Origin: Camelus dromedarius
Lineage: Eukaryota
Assembly (NCBI RefSeq): GCF_036321535.1
Contig: NC_087441.1
Coordinates: 12,462,001 to 12,526,000, forward strand
Length of the DNA: 64,000 nt
Reading direction: 5' to 3'
Under the pieces are notes generated by a model. That model was given only the letters and a program-made list of their open reading frames with translations, had not been told where the DNA came from and made no database searches. The stretch's first letter is position 1; each line of letters opens with the position of its first letter. Made by a program: the position numbers and the translations under genes. Below are positions 24,669 to 36,000 of the stretch, piece after piece.

Positions 24669-24756
24669 TTTTTTTCTTTTTTTTCTTTTGGATTGAACCC
24701 AGGACCTTATGCATGATAAGCATGTGCTCTACCACTGAGCTATACTCACCCACCCC
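24669..24756 (-). mobile_element. Vic-1-type SINE
   Basis: T tail followed by ggattgaacccaggaccttatgcatgataagcatgtgctctaccactgagctatac. Confidence 0.85.
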
Positions 24757-25329
24757 TCTCAGAACAGTATTTAGGAAAGTCACTATCCAAAGTGGGGCAG
24801 AGTGGTAATAGCCTATGAAATTAAATTTTAAAGTATTCAGAAAATGTTAACACCTTTTGAAAAAGAAAGAAAGAAGGATAGAGAAAGGATAGATAATATT
24901 AATATAAGACAAAGAGCAAAGAAAAGACTCTAATATGCCTCGTCTGTGACACAAACCCTAGGGAAATACAACAAGAGCACAAAATTGCAGAAGTGAATTT
25001 ATCAGGGGATCTCAGAGACGTGTACTTATCAGAAGCCATTTCAGGCGTAAAACCATACATCCAAAAAGAGCCAGAAGTACAATGGCAGAAATGCTTTGGA
25101 GTAGTTATGAATCCAAAAGAAAAGATAGGATGAAGAGCTGAAAAGAAAAAAAAAAAAATCCTTTGCTATCCCTTTACATCATGAAACATGGGGTTATCCT
25201 GTGTGGATGGCCCACTGAGGATCCAGACATCCTGGAGATTTGGGTAACCAGTTTCCAGTGGGTTTGATAATAACATAACAGTACAATTGATGCTTTGTAG
25301 AATTTCATAAAGTAGAGTGAGCCTGATAC

Positions 25330-27660
25330 ATTACCCATTCACTTATTACACAAATATTTATTGAATACCTTTTATGCATCTGTTTCAAATGCTAGGAACA
25401 TGAGAGTTAACAATCATACAAAATATCTGCCTTTACGGAGATTACATTCCAGAGTCAGAGAGAAAAGAAACTAGATAAGTAAGGAGATACACACACAATG
25501 TTGGGGTTCAGTGCTGGAGGGAAACAAATAAAGTGGAGGGAAGGACAGAAAGTCCAAGGTAGAGTGCATGGTATTCAGAAATCTTACTTACGGCATCCAA
25601 GAAAGGCTTAGAAGTTGATATTTGACCAAAAAAAACCTGAAAAAGTTAGGGAGTAAGCCCTGCGAGTAATTTTTAGAGTTGAATTTCTCGGCAGGAGTAT
25701 ATGTGAAAGGGCCCTGGGGCGGGAGCTTGCCTTGTCCTCTTCAGGAACGTCAAGTAGGGAGGACACATGACAGCCGAGCGGGGAGTAAAGTGAGGAGCTG
25801 TGGGTAAGACTAGAAAGCCAGCGGGGTCATAGGGGCAAATCACGTAGGGCCTTATAGATCGTAAAGGGATTTCACTCTCCACTCTATGTAAGACGGAATG
25901 CTATTGGAGGAATTTGAACAAAGGTGACAGCATCTGATTCATGCTGTGAATTTATGGGCAAGGGTTATTTGGCCGTTATATTAAGAACAGCCTGAAGTTA
26001 AGAGATGCTGGCCTCGGTAGTAGCAGTAGAGCTGAAGAGTAATGGATTTTAGGTATGTTTTTTGTAACCTAAGTAAAAGTTTCAAGAATATTACACAGAA
26101 CGTTCATCTACCTTTCAACTAGATTCACTGATTGTTTACATTTTGCCTCATTGGCTTCCTATGACTATTCTTCATTATCTTTCACCATATTCTTTCCTGA
26201 ACCATTTGAGAGCATGTTGGATACACCATGCTCTACTCCTACTGAATATTTTGGAGCTCATGTTCTGAGAACAAGGACACTCTATAGATATATTTTTAAA
26301 GAAAGAATCAACATGATTTGTTGATTGACAAAAGGTGAGAAGTGAGAAAAAGAATTGTTAAGTGTGACACTAAGGCCTGAGCTTGAGCAACTGAGAAGGA
26401 TGGAGTCATCATTCACTGACGTGAGGAAGGCAGGAAGAGGGGAAGGTTTGGAAGGAGGGATCACAAGTTTAGTTTTAGACATCTTTTATTTGGGATACCT
26501 TTTAAACTTCCCAGCGGAAGTCTTGAGTAGGTGATTATATTTTCAAGTCTGGAGTTCAGGAGAGATTCTTTTGCATGTAGCTGTCTAGTTTTCCTCAAAC
26601 CATTTATTGAGGAGGCTGTCTTTTCCCATTGTATATTCTTGCCTCCTTTCTTATAGNNNNNNNNNNNNNNNNNNNNNNNNNNNNNNNNNNNNNNNNNNNN
26701 NNNNNNNNNNNNNNNNNNNNNNNNNNNNNNNNNNNNNNNNNNNNNNNNNNNNNNNNNNNNNNNNNNNNNNNNNNNNNNNNNNNNNNNNNNNNNNNNNTAT
26801 CTCTAACTTTGTTCTTTTTGCTCAAGATTGTTTTGGCTATACAGAGTCTTTCGTGTTCCCATACCAATTTTAGAATTAATTGTTCTAGTTCTGTGAAAAA
26901 TGCTATTGGTATTTTGATAGGATTGCACTGAATCTAAGGAGTGGCATGGTCATTTTAACAATATTAATTCTTCCAGTCCATTTACACAGTATCTTGTTCC
27001 ATCTGCTTGTGCTGTCTTCAGTTTCTTTTATCTGTGTCTTATAGTTTTCTGAGTACAGGTCTTTTATCTTCTTGGTTAGATTTATCCCTAGGAATTTATT
27101 CTTTTGATGTGATTATACATGGAATTGTTTTCTTAATTTCTCTTTCTATCAGCTCATTGTTAGTGTATAGAATCACAACAGGTTTCTGATTTATTTTTTA
27201 TCCTGCAACTTTACTTGCAGAATTCATCAGTGGGTTCTAATAGCTTTTTGATTGTGCCTTTAGGATTTTCTATGTATAGTATCATATCATCTGCAAATAG
27301 TGACAGTTTTACTTCTTCAAAAATGGCCTATTGTAACAGTCTCCAAAAGAAGGAATTGAAATGTCTTGAAGAAGGTCCCCTCTCTAATATAAAGGCATCA
27401 TAAGAGCTGGCAGCAGCTCCATCAATGGATATAAGGTTCTATTCAGCTGAGAGATTATTGGAATTGGAGCCAAAAAGTGAGTGAGCTAGAAACAAAAGAG
27501 GAGATAGAGAGCAGGGTGTTAGCAGTTGAGATTATTTTTACTAAATAATTGTCATTATTGATAATGACAAGGTCAAGACTGTGATCATGGGAGTGGATGA
27601 CTAAAGTAGGGGTGAGACAGCACGGGACTAAGTAGAACAATTCCTGAAGAAAGTGACAAG
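25330..27660 (-). mobile_element. L2 LINE fragment, interrupted by L1
   Basis: Begins with an antisense L2 tail (caaatatttattgaatacc) and continues as typical purine-rich antisense L2 on both sides of the L1 fragment. Confidence 0.6.
26566..27318 (-). mobile_element. L1 ORF2 internal fragment, contains N-gap 26657-26797
   Basis: Minus-strand translation [22 protein letters not shown] resembles L1 ORF2 (WNHKRPRIAKAILSKKNKAGG). Confidence 0.85.
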
Positions 27661-27884
27661 ATTACACAAGGAGTTAATGATGTCATCTTAAAATTAATCA
27701 GCAATGCTAAGTTTTGGTAATCTTTTTAAAAAACAGTCTTAAAATCCTAACTTAAAATTCTAAAACAATATTAATAAGAGAGTTAAAATACATTAAAAAA
27801 AGACTCACTGTTTTAAACTGGAATTTCTGTGAGTTTTAATTTAAACACATACTTGCATTATCCTTTCCACCCCACGTCTGTGTT

Positions 27885-28830
27885 TGTACTGGACACTGTT
27901 TGTTGGCAAACAGTCTTCACTAATTATCCATTCTATTCCCTCTTTTGTATCTATCTCAGGGGTGGGAAGTCTCAGGATTACATTTCCCAGGCTCTCTCTT
28001 CGGGGGGAAGGAGGAGGGAGGTGAAATTTGCATCTTGCCAATGATTTGGAAGGCAAATGGGACACAGAGAAATTGCCCCTCCACGAGCAATGACAGCAGC
28101 TCTACAGTGGCTGCTGGCTCCAAGTTCGGTCACTAGGAGTCAGAGCTGAGGCAGCTGTGATGCTGTCGGACATTTGCTGCAGCATCTTGACCTCTAGGTG
28201 GCAGCAGTGAGTTACTGAGTTCTGGGCTGCACCTGCAATGGTGTTTACCTGAAAGCTAAAGGCGGCCATAATAATGGTCAACTCTATAGCTTGCCCCCAA
28301 ATTTGAACACCTGCATCCTTGTTTCAAATCCACAAGTTATTCTGATTTTTCTTTAACGAACCCTGAGTGACACACTATTTCATGCCAAGATTGGTTCCAG
28401 ACCTTCAAAGATGAGAATATCGTATTGGTCAGTTGACCTGGTTGGGTTCATAGTGATGATCTGATTCCAAAGTGAAACAGAATTCTAAAGAGATGTGGCA
28501 TGTAGTGGTGAAGAAATTAACACCTGAAATGAAGGGCCTACTGAAGACAATAATTTAAGAGACCAATTTGGTAACTGCCGTGGAATCTTATGGTAGGAAA
28601 GAGAACTGGAAGAACCAGGAGGTGTGTCACCTACTTCTGACCACAGTAAAGACCATAAAAAAAAAAAAAAAGAAAGAAAGAAAATGACAAGCTCACGGGC
28701 GGAGACCCAGCGAGCCTCTAGGCCTCTTGCCCTTGCAGCTACAGTATTGATACCACCAAAAATCAGACCTAAGTTATGTTGCTGCAGGTTGCACATTTAT
28801 AATGCAAGATGAATTCAGAGCCTTGCTAGG
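27885..28830 (+). mobile_element. ERV-L LTR (27885-28374) followed by the start of the internal gag-like region
   Basis: TGTACTGGACACTG...CCCTGAGTGACACA LTR-like block. Downstream aaaatcagacc...taatgcaagatgaattcagagcct resembles ERV-L 5' internal sequence as recalled. Subfamily (LTR41/LTR50/LTR16 group) is not resolved. Confidence 0.6.
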
Positions 28831-29729
28831 CCTCTCGGGTGACAGGTAAGGTTCTTATTGAGAATTGCAAAAGGGGCATTTTGGTGGATTGGGTTGAATC
28901 CTAGTTCTTTGAACCCCAAATCCTCCTGAGCCTTCTTTGCCCTCCTTCCCTGTCCTTCCTCTCCTCCACCAGAGGCAATAACCTAAGAAGGGGTGGCCCA
29001 ACCCCAACCAGACCATTACTGACTGCATCAAGACCTTGATGATACAAAGCCCCTTGACCTTTAAAAAGTAAGAGCCATTTTGTTTAGAGGTTCCCCACAC
29101 TATGCATAGACATTTGTTTAGAAGGGACTTAATGGACGGGGTCAAAGAAGAGAGCCGCTTGGTGAGTTGCAGGTGGGCTCATTGCCATAAAGATGCATCT
29201 CTGGTAAGACCCTGGGCTGCTGCTTTTGATAAATTGACAACATACTTTAATTGTAGTAAGTTTTTGCTATAGTGCGAACACAATTACATAACAGAGAAAT
29301 GATACATGTATAAAGGAGTATTTGCTGATTTCATATGAGCACTGTGACTATTAGTTTTTACAAATATATAAAACACAATGATGCAGGTACTGGGATAAAG
29401 CTGAATGGAAACCAACTGGCAATTTTTGTTGTTCTTTGCCACCTCCTATTAATGTGGAGAGGGGAGCTCGGGGCCCAGCAGCCATGCTGGAGAAGAACGG
29501 GATTCCGTGTAAACTGAGAGAGCACGAGGAGTAGACAGGTGGGGAGGGCAGGCCTGGGCTCAGTGGAGGAGGAAACTTGGTTGCTGCCCTGGCCATTGTC
29601 TCTTAGCCGGGGATGGCCCCGTGGTTAGAGTTTGCTGCTCCCAGAAACTGGTGTTCCAGCCCAATCAGACTGTTGCAAAGCAAAGTAGAGATGGTATTTC
29701 CTCTATTTGCCAACTTCAGAAACATACAG

Positions 29730-30030
29730 CATAATAGTAATAGTAGCTATAACTTTAATAATAGTGTTAATTATACTGTGTTCCCTGACCACGTACCAGG
29801 CACTGAAGTAGGAAATACTTGCCGTTATTAGCTGATTTAGTCCCCACAACAGCCCCATCAGTGAGATATGCTGTTATAATCCTGATTATAGGTTTGTAAA
29901 ATCTGAACTTGTGAGAGGTTGAATTACTAGCTAAAAATCACGCCGGCAGCTAATGATGGAGCTGAGACGCGAGCCTCAGCTTATTTTTTGCTTCAAACCC
30001 CAAGACTTTAACCACTATTCTATTCTGACT
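29730..30030 (-). mobile_element. MIR SINE, near full length
   Basis: gtaccaggcactgaagtagg...cacaacagccccat...gagaggttgaattact...ggagctgagacgcgagcc...ctttaaccactatt. Confidence 0.7.
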
Positions 30031-30039
30031 TCCTTCCAC

Positions 30040-31010
30040 CACCCATGACCTTGTTTTATCTATTGTGTTTTATCTATTACCTCTCTCTCAAATCCATCTA
30101 ATTTTTCTACCACCATCACTCTAATAATGAGGGCTATCATTTTCTTAAAGAATTACCATAGCAGCTTCCTAATGGGTCCACCTTTACCCATTTTGGCCCC
30201 ACTTCTAATCTGTTTTCCACATTATAGCCAAAGGGAAAATTTCAAGACATAAATGTAACCGTATTGCACCACCTACAGAAAACACTGTAATGGTGTCATG
30301 TAAAGACCCAGCTCTTCTGGCTTATTTTTAAGGCTTGCACAATCTGCCCTTTGCTTCATTTTGGGTCTCAAGGGGTGCGTTTTCCCCTGAAGCTCCTGTA
30401 CCCTCCCTGGCTTTCTCTCCTGCAGCCACAGTGGTCTTCTTTGGTTCCTCGAGAGCACCATGTTGCTTGTCCTCCATAGATCCTTTGCACATGCTGTTCC
30501 TCTATCTTGAATGCTCTTCCAGATCCCACCTTTACTTGTTTCCTTTTATTTTTAATTAAAAAAATTTTTTTTTCCTTTTTGGGGGATGAGGGTTAATAGG
30601 CTTATTTATTTAACAGCGGTACTGAGGATTGAACCTAGGGCCTCCTGCATGCTAGGCATGCACTTTACCACTAGAGTTATACCCTCTCCCACTACCTGAC
30701 TTTGTCCTAGTTAATGTCACCTTTCTTGCAGATCATAGTTCACAGGTCACTTCCTTAGCAGAGTCTGTCTGATCTCCAAACTAAATTAAGCCCTTCCACT
30801 GAAAGCTTTCATAAAATTAACCTTCTCTTGGAGGCTGGAGTTTTTTAGTTATTTGTGGGGTTCTTTGATAAATGTCTCTCTTCCTGATTACACTGTAAGC
30901 TCTGTGAAGGCAGGAATCAGATGAGGTTTTCCTTACCACTGTAGCCCTAATGATTAAGGCAATATTTTGGTATATGGTAGGTGTTCAAACAATAGTGGTT
31001 GAATAAATGA
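30040..31010 (+). mobile_element. L2 LINE 3' fragment, interrupted by a SINE
   Basis: Typical L2 pyrimidine-rich pattern ending ggtaggtgttcaaacaatagtggttgaataaatgaa. Confidence 0.7.
30545..30690 (-). mobile_element. Vic-1-type SINE
   Basis: gtactgaggattgaacctagggcctcctgcatgctaggcatgcactttaccactagagttataccctctccc with a T-rich tail. Confidence 0.8.
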
Positions 31011-32499
31011 AGCTACAACACACTTCCCTGGGGTGTATGAAAAAGACAGAACTTTTCCAAAAGTCAGTGATGTGCTTATTACTCCTTCGGTGGAGGATAA
31101 AACTGAGAGTGGGCGTTCAGGGCGTTCAGTTCATCAGGCAACCAAAGCCAGCCCTGGGCTCCTGCCTGTCTGCACTTGGGAGCAGAGCAGGTCCGAGGAA
31201 GGAGTTTCAGTAGGTGGGTGAGTTGGTTGGATGAAAGCAGAGATGGAGAGAAAGGAGAAGAACTGAGTCAGAGCCTTTGCTCCTGAGTGGCAGGCCTGGA
31301 GCCTGGATCTCAGTCTGGTCACATCCAGGCAGAGAGTGATATCTGGAACAACTGGGCTCTGGGGTGTTACCTCCACAAGGAGCTCTGGGCATCTGTGGCC
31401 AGTGTCACCCTCAGGCAGAGGCAGTATATGCATTGAGAGTGATCCCAAACACGGCCCTCTCCAGGCCTGACTTCTGGTGCAACCAGTTCTGCAATTAGAG
31501 ATTCATTCTTTGGTCTTTGAAATCTATAAACACAAGAAAAGATAACATATCAGATTAGTTTACCAGATTCATTCCAGGTATTATTATTTTGATGGAATCC
31601 AGAAGAAAGAGAATTTGAAGAAAATGCAAAGCTAAATCGTGGAGTGTTAGCAGCCAGTGAGGGAAAGGCAGGAGGCAGGGAAAAACTTCATCCACTTTAA
31701 GGCCATTCCTTCCATGTAGACAAGGACTGGCTTTAAATGCAATGTAGAGAATAGGAAAAACAAACAAACAAACAAACAAAAATCTTGTTTTGTTCAGATT
31801 AAAAATTCAAGGGCGTATTTATTATTTCTAAGATTCTTGCAACATAGCTTCGATTATTTGAGTTGCCATAATCCTGTTGGGCTTGGACTTCGTTGTTGGT
31901 GAGGAGCGATCACGTTTGACTTTGCTTAGGAACCACAAAACCACAACAAAATAAATCCTCCTAAAGGCTACTAGGCAACACCGGGATCTCCTCCACACTG
32001 TGAGAGGGACTTGTGATGACAGACTCAGACGGTCCCCATCCACCACGCGTCGCACGCAGAGCACGACGGAGGACCCTGCAGGTAGCTCCCAGCGTCATCT
32101 TAACGAATAACCACTAATAAATATGACTGAGATGTCAGGTGCCTTCTCAGGAAATCTCAGCTTTATAAACCACAGGGACAAAAACCTACAGTCTGACCAG
32201 TCTCCCTGAAATTATTTGCTACTGATTTGACAACCAAAAGGTCAGCAGTTAGGACCTTTTTGAAAGTTGATTTCAAAGGAGCCAGCGGAATGTCCTCACT
32301 GAACCGCATCACTTCCTTCCTGGGACCATCTGGGAACCTCCCCAGCCTTTCAAGATAGGTTCTGTCTGCTCAGAAAGGTCAGCCGGGCAGTGGAAACCCT
32401 GGGCAAAAGTTAGCAGCGAGTGCGGCGAATCTCCTTCCCAGCGCTCTCGGCCATTTCTTTCCCCCTCGACCCCCGGGAGGCGGACCCGGTGGAAAGGCT

Positions 32500-32523
32500 A
32501 CCGGAGAGGGAGGGTCACGGAAA

Positions 32524-32555
<32 letters not shown>

Positions 32556-32588
32556 GGAAAGACGCCGGAGGCCGTGCGTCTCCGGGAG
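32500..32588 (+). other. SYNE1: Possible SYNE1 non-coding exon 1 (start unknown)
   Basis: Donor-like GAG|GTAGGG at 32588/32589 inside the CpG island. I recall two closely spaced 5'-UTR exons in human SYNE1. No transcript evidence is available here. Confidence 0.35.
32528..32554 (+). repeat. (CTG)9 trinucleotide repeat
   Basis: Nine uninterrupted CTG units; seen as L9 and Q9 runs in the ORF track. Confidence 0.95.
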
Positions 32589-32994
32589 GTAGGGGAAGCC
32601 CGCCCGGGAGACGCCAGGCCCCCGCCCCCGGCTCTACCGGGGACCAGTGCATCCAGCAGCCGGCGCGGGGCGCGGGGCGCGGGGAGGGGCGTGGCGGCGC
32701 GCGGGTCGTGCCCCGAGCCTGCCCGGGGGCTGAACCCGCCCGGCCGACCTTTCCGAAAGGAGCCTTCGTGCGGGGGGCGGGGGGAGCAGCGAGGGGCGGG
32801 GGGAGGCCTGAAACCCCGGGGCGCACCCGGAAGGAGGACCCGCGGGCGGAGGGAGGGCAGAGTCGCCGAGCAGCTGAGCGCGCGAGTGAGCGAGTGTGCA
32901 AGCGGCCCGGGGAGCGCGGCTGCGGATTCGCCGCGGGCGGGGAGCCGGCCCCGCGCGCTGTCCCCGGTCACCGGGGCCGCCCGGCGCCCCGCAG

Positions 32995-33088
32995 CCCTGC
33001 AGCCGCGCCCGAGCTCCCGAGACCGCGGCCGGCCCAGAGCGCGCGCACCGCCGCCGCCGGGAACCCGAACGAGCCCCAGGGACAGAAG
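32995..33088 (+). other. SYNE1: SYNE1 non-coding 5'-UTR exon (donor firm, start uncertain)
   Basis: Strong donor AAG|GTAAAG at 33088/33089 where the CpG island gives way to a GA-rich tract. The start could be the acceptor-like ccccgcag at 32994 or a TSS further upstream. Confidence 0.6.
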
Positions 33089-36000
33089 GTAAAGGGAAAG
33101 AGAGGCGGAGAGAGGGAGAAGAGAGAGAGAGAGAGAACACGGGTGCAAGCCGAACAAATTGCAGACAGATTGTAAGCAAGTTTGTACTTGCATGTTCGGG
33201 CTGTGCGTGCTTGATGGGAGGGAGAGGGTGGCGATGGTGGTGGCGGTGTGTGTACGTGTGTGATACTCAAGGATGAGGAGCTGAGGAGGTGGGGGAGCGT
33301 CTCCTTGCAGCTTGTACGTAGATAGCCCTATTAATATCCCCTCTCTGAGTTGTCATTTCCGCTGGTGGCACTTCTCTTGGGGTCCAGTGATGCAGTAGGA
33401 AAAGGCAGCCACCCTCATTGCGATGGTCAGGGCTGTTGCTACTATCGGATGGGAGATGTAGGGCGTTGAGCAAATTCTAGGAGCCTCCCTTCCTCCACCG
33501 CCGACTATTTTAGGAAGGGCTGGGGGAGGGGAAATGGGTAACACAGCCCAGGGCTTGAAGAACAGCGGAGGCCGGGGCTTCAGACTCCACTCCAGCTGTC
33601 ACCGTGCGCTTGCTTACGCTAGAGGGCAAGATAACTTTCATCTCCTCCCCGGAAAGACCCCCTTTCAGACAGATTTTGCGTCGCTGCCGGAGGAGTTCTG
33701 GGAAATGGTGGTCCACGGGGCGGCAGGTGTATGGTAAAGGACAGGAAAACAGTGCAAAATAAAGCAGCTGTTAGCCATCAAGGAAAGAAAGCCGGCTGAG
33801 AAACCGGGTTCAGCGTGCTGCCTGGCTGGGATCGCAGAGCTTGGAGGCTGCAACTTCAGGCCGTCTTCCATAAAGATAACCAGTTCCAGCCCGGGGGGAA
33901 AAACACCAGCTGTGAAACCGGTCTTAGCATCCTAGAATGTTCGTTTCTGAGCTTTTCAGTTTGGGGTGGAAAACCTGTACGTATCTGAAAATTTGCTGTG
34001 AATATTAAGAAAGTTCGAGATGAATTATTTTTTGGTCTCTGCTTTAATGCTTACCTATATTTGTCTTCATCTAAGAGCCACTATCCCAAAGAAGGCATTT
34101 GAATACAGGAGCCAGACTTGTGCAAGAGAAAGTATAATAATTTTCGATTGAGCAAAGATTATTAATATGCCCCACATCTGCACGAAATGCTGATTTAATC
34201 ATGAGTCATGAAGATTGTTGAGAGGCTTGCTGTTCTCCTTGATGAAAAAGATTAACAGTATGGATAAAAAGTTCCCAACATCACCAGAACAGTGTAATAA
34301 AACACGTATCTATTTTCTTCTTTTATTTTTGAGTCTGTTCATTACTTTGTGGCAAATCTAGAACAAAATGTGCCACATCCACGCTAACTTAATATGTTCT
34401 GTGCTGAAATAAAGGCACATCTTCAGACTGACACTGATAATACTATTGCTAGCCTTTGAAAATATTTGCTCAACTATAACATTATAGCCTCACTTTCATC
34501 TGTCTCAACAAATGATTTTTCACAAACTGGTTTGTTTCTGTCCTCGTTGTCCCCCAGATAAGAATGATTTCCCCTTGATGCTTCCCTGCAAAGGAGTAGG
34601 GTTTGGGAAAAGGTTTTTTTCTGTTTAGACATTTCCAAAAATTGCTTGTGTTAAATGGGGAAGGTGCTGCCCCTACATCTGCTCTCTGATAATCGCGCAG
34701 CTCGCCCAGCTTCTTGGAGATGAGGGAGGTGAAACTGAAACAGGATATAAGAGGCCCATGACTGGGCAAGGTTGGTAGCAATTTCTCAGGGCGGCTCCAA
34801 TGTAGACCTTGCGGCCGCACCCTGTGGCCTAAACCACAGGCATACAAGACTCAAGACTCCCCTTTGAGGAAGTCTGCCTAATCTCCTCTCAGAAGTGTTA
34901 AATGTGTCCTTCCCTATGGTTCCATCCAGTGAGAACTAATGTTTAGCGAGAGGTACAGTTATACCCTAGCAACGCATGGGAGGGAGGTAGCAGATATCCT
35001 TGGGTATGGTTTATACCCCAAGCTTACAGAAGAAAAGTTCCTTCATGACATGATTTCTTTCATGCTGATCAGCTCTGCACTCTATCTTTTGATTACTTCT
35101 TCCTATTTTTGTTCTTCCAGGGAAAGGACCAATTTTTATTTGTTACCGTGTAAAATTCATAATAGTGAATAATTACCACTGTTCACTGATAGCCTTTACA
35201 TACACATTAGTAATGTATTTATATTAACTCCAGGAAGTCCCTCTTCTCCCCTACTGGATGGCCATCTTAGCGTCTGTTAATTAGTACCATTGCTAAAGGA
35301 TGAATAGAGGAAAACAATAATTAAATTTAAAATTAGACACTTAGGTGACTCACTCCAGCAAAGGACTTAGATAGAAGGGGGGTTGAAATGTATTCATTAG
35401 CTTTTTAAACTTTTGTTTAATGGGGAATTTTAAAAGGACTGCTGTTGTACATAGTTAGACGTCTAGTTAAGTCATGCTTCGTATCACTGTGAGTCCGTTT
35501 ATGTCTTATAGTCTCAGTGCATCTTTTTCAGCTAGAAATGAGCCAGGTCATCTCTGGTGGTTGCAGGGGTTGGAACTTTATGCTGTAGTTTTCTGATCCT
35601 TCAAAATCCAGTTGCATTGCTTAAAGATGTAGTCTTGTGACATAGCGGTGTTTCTCCTAGTGTTTTTCCTAGTGTATCCCTGTTTAGTAGCACAAATGAG
35701 ACACTGCTTTAAGCAGCCAGTTGTCCATTCTAGAGCCTGGAAAAGTCAAGTTGTGATGATTCACTCCTGTGCTTTTCGCAGGTGTTGGTGTTGAAAAGAG
35801 TACATTGTTTAGGTAGGAGAATTTCGAACAGCAGATCATTTGATTTCCCTTTGCATCCCGTGAGATAGATGCAGCAGATGGTTATTGATTGGGTATTCTG
35901 TGTGCTCCCACAGTACCCTGGATTTCTCCATTACAATCTGTAACCTACTTCATTGCAATATTGCTTACATCATCTCCCCCTCTGGTACCTAAGCTCTAAA

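Larger units (their letters stand above)
32420..33100 (+). promoter_or_regulatory. SYNE1: SYNE1 CpG-island promoter (CpG-rich shoulders to about 31950 and 33780)
   Basis: Very GC- and CpG-dense block with multiple GGGGCGG boxes, 8.5 kb upstream of the SYNE1 first coding exon. Boundaries judged by eye. Confidence 0.9.

Noticed and set aside
32420-33276. Long overlapping ORFs (100-251 aa) on both strands, including the polyQ and polyL ones, as stand-alone genes
   Set aside because: These are expected from stop-codon scarcity in a CpG island. They have low-complexity R/G/P/A content, mostly non-AUG starts and no recognisable domain. Only the frame that splices into the next exon is kept as a lead.
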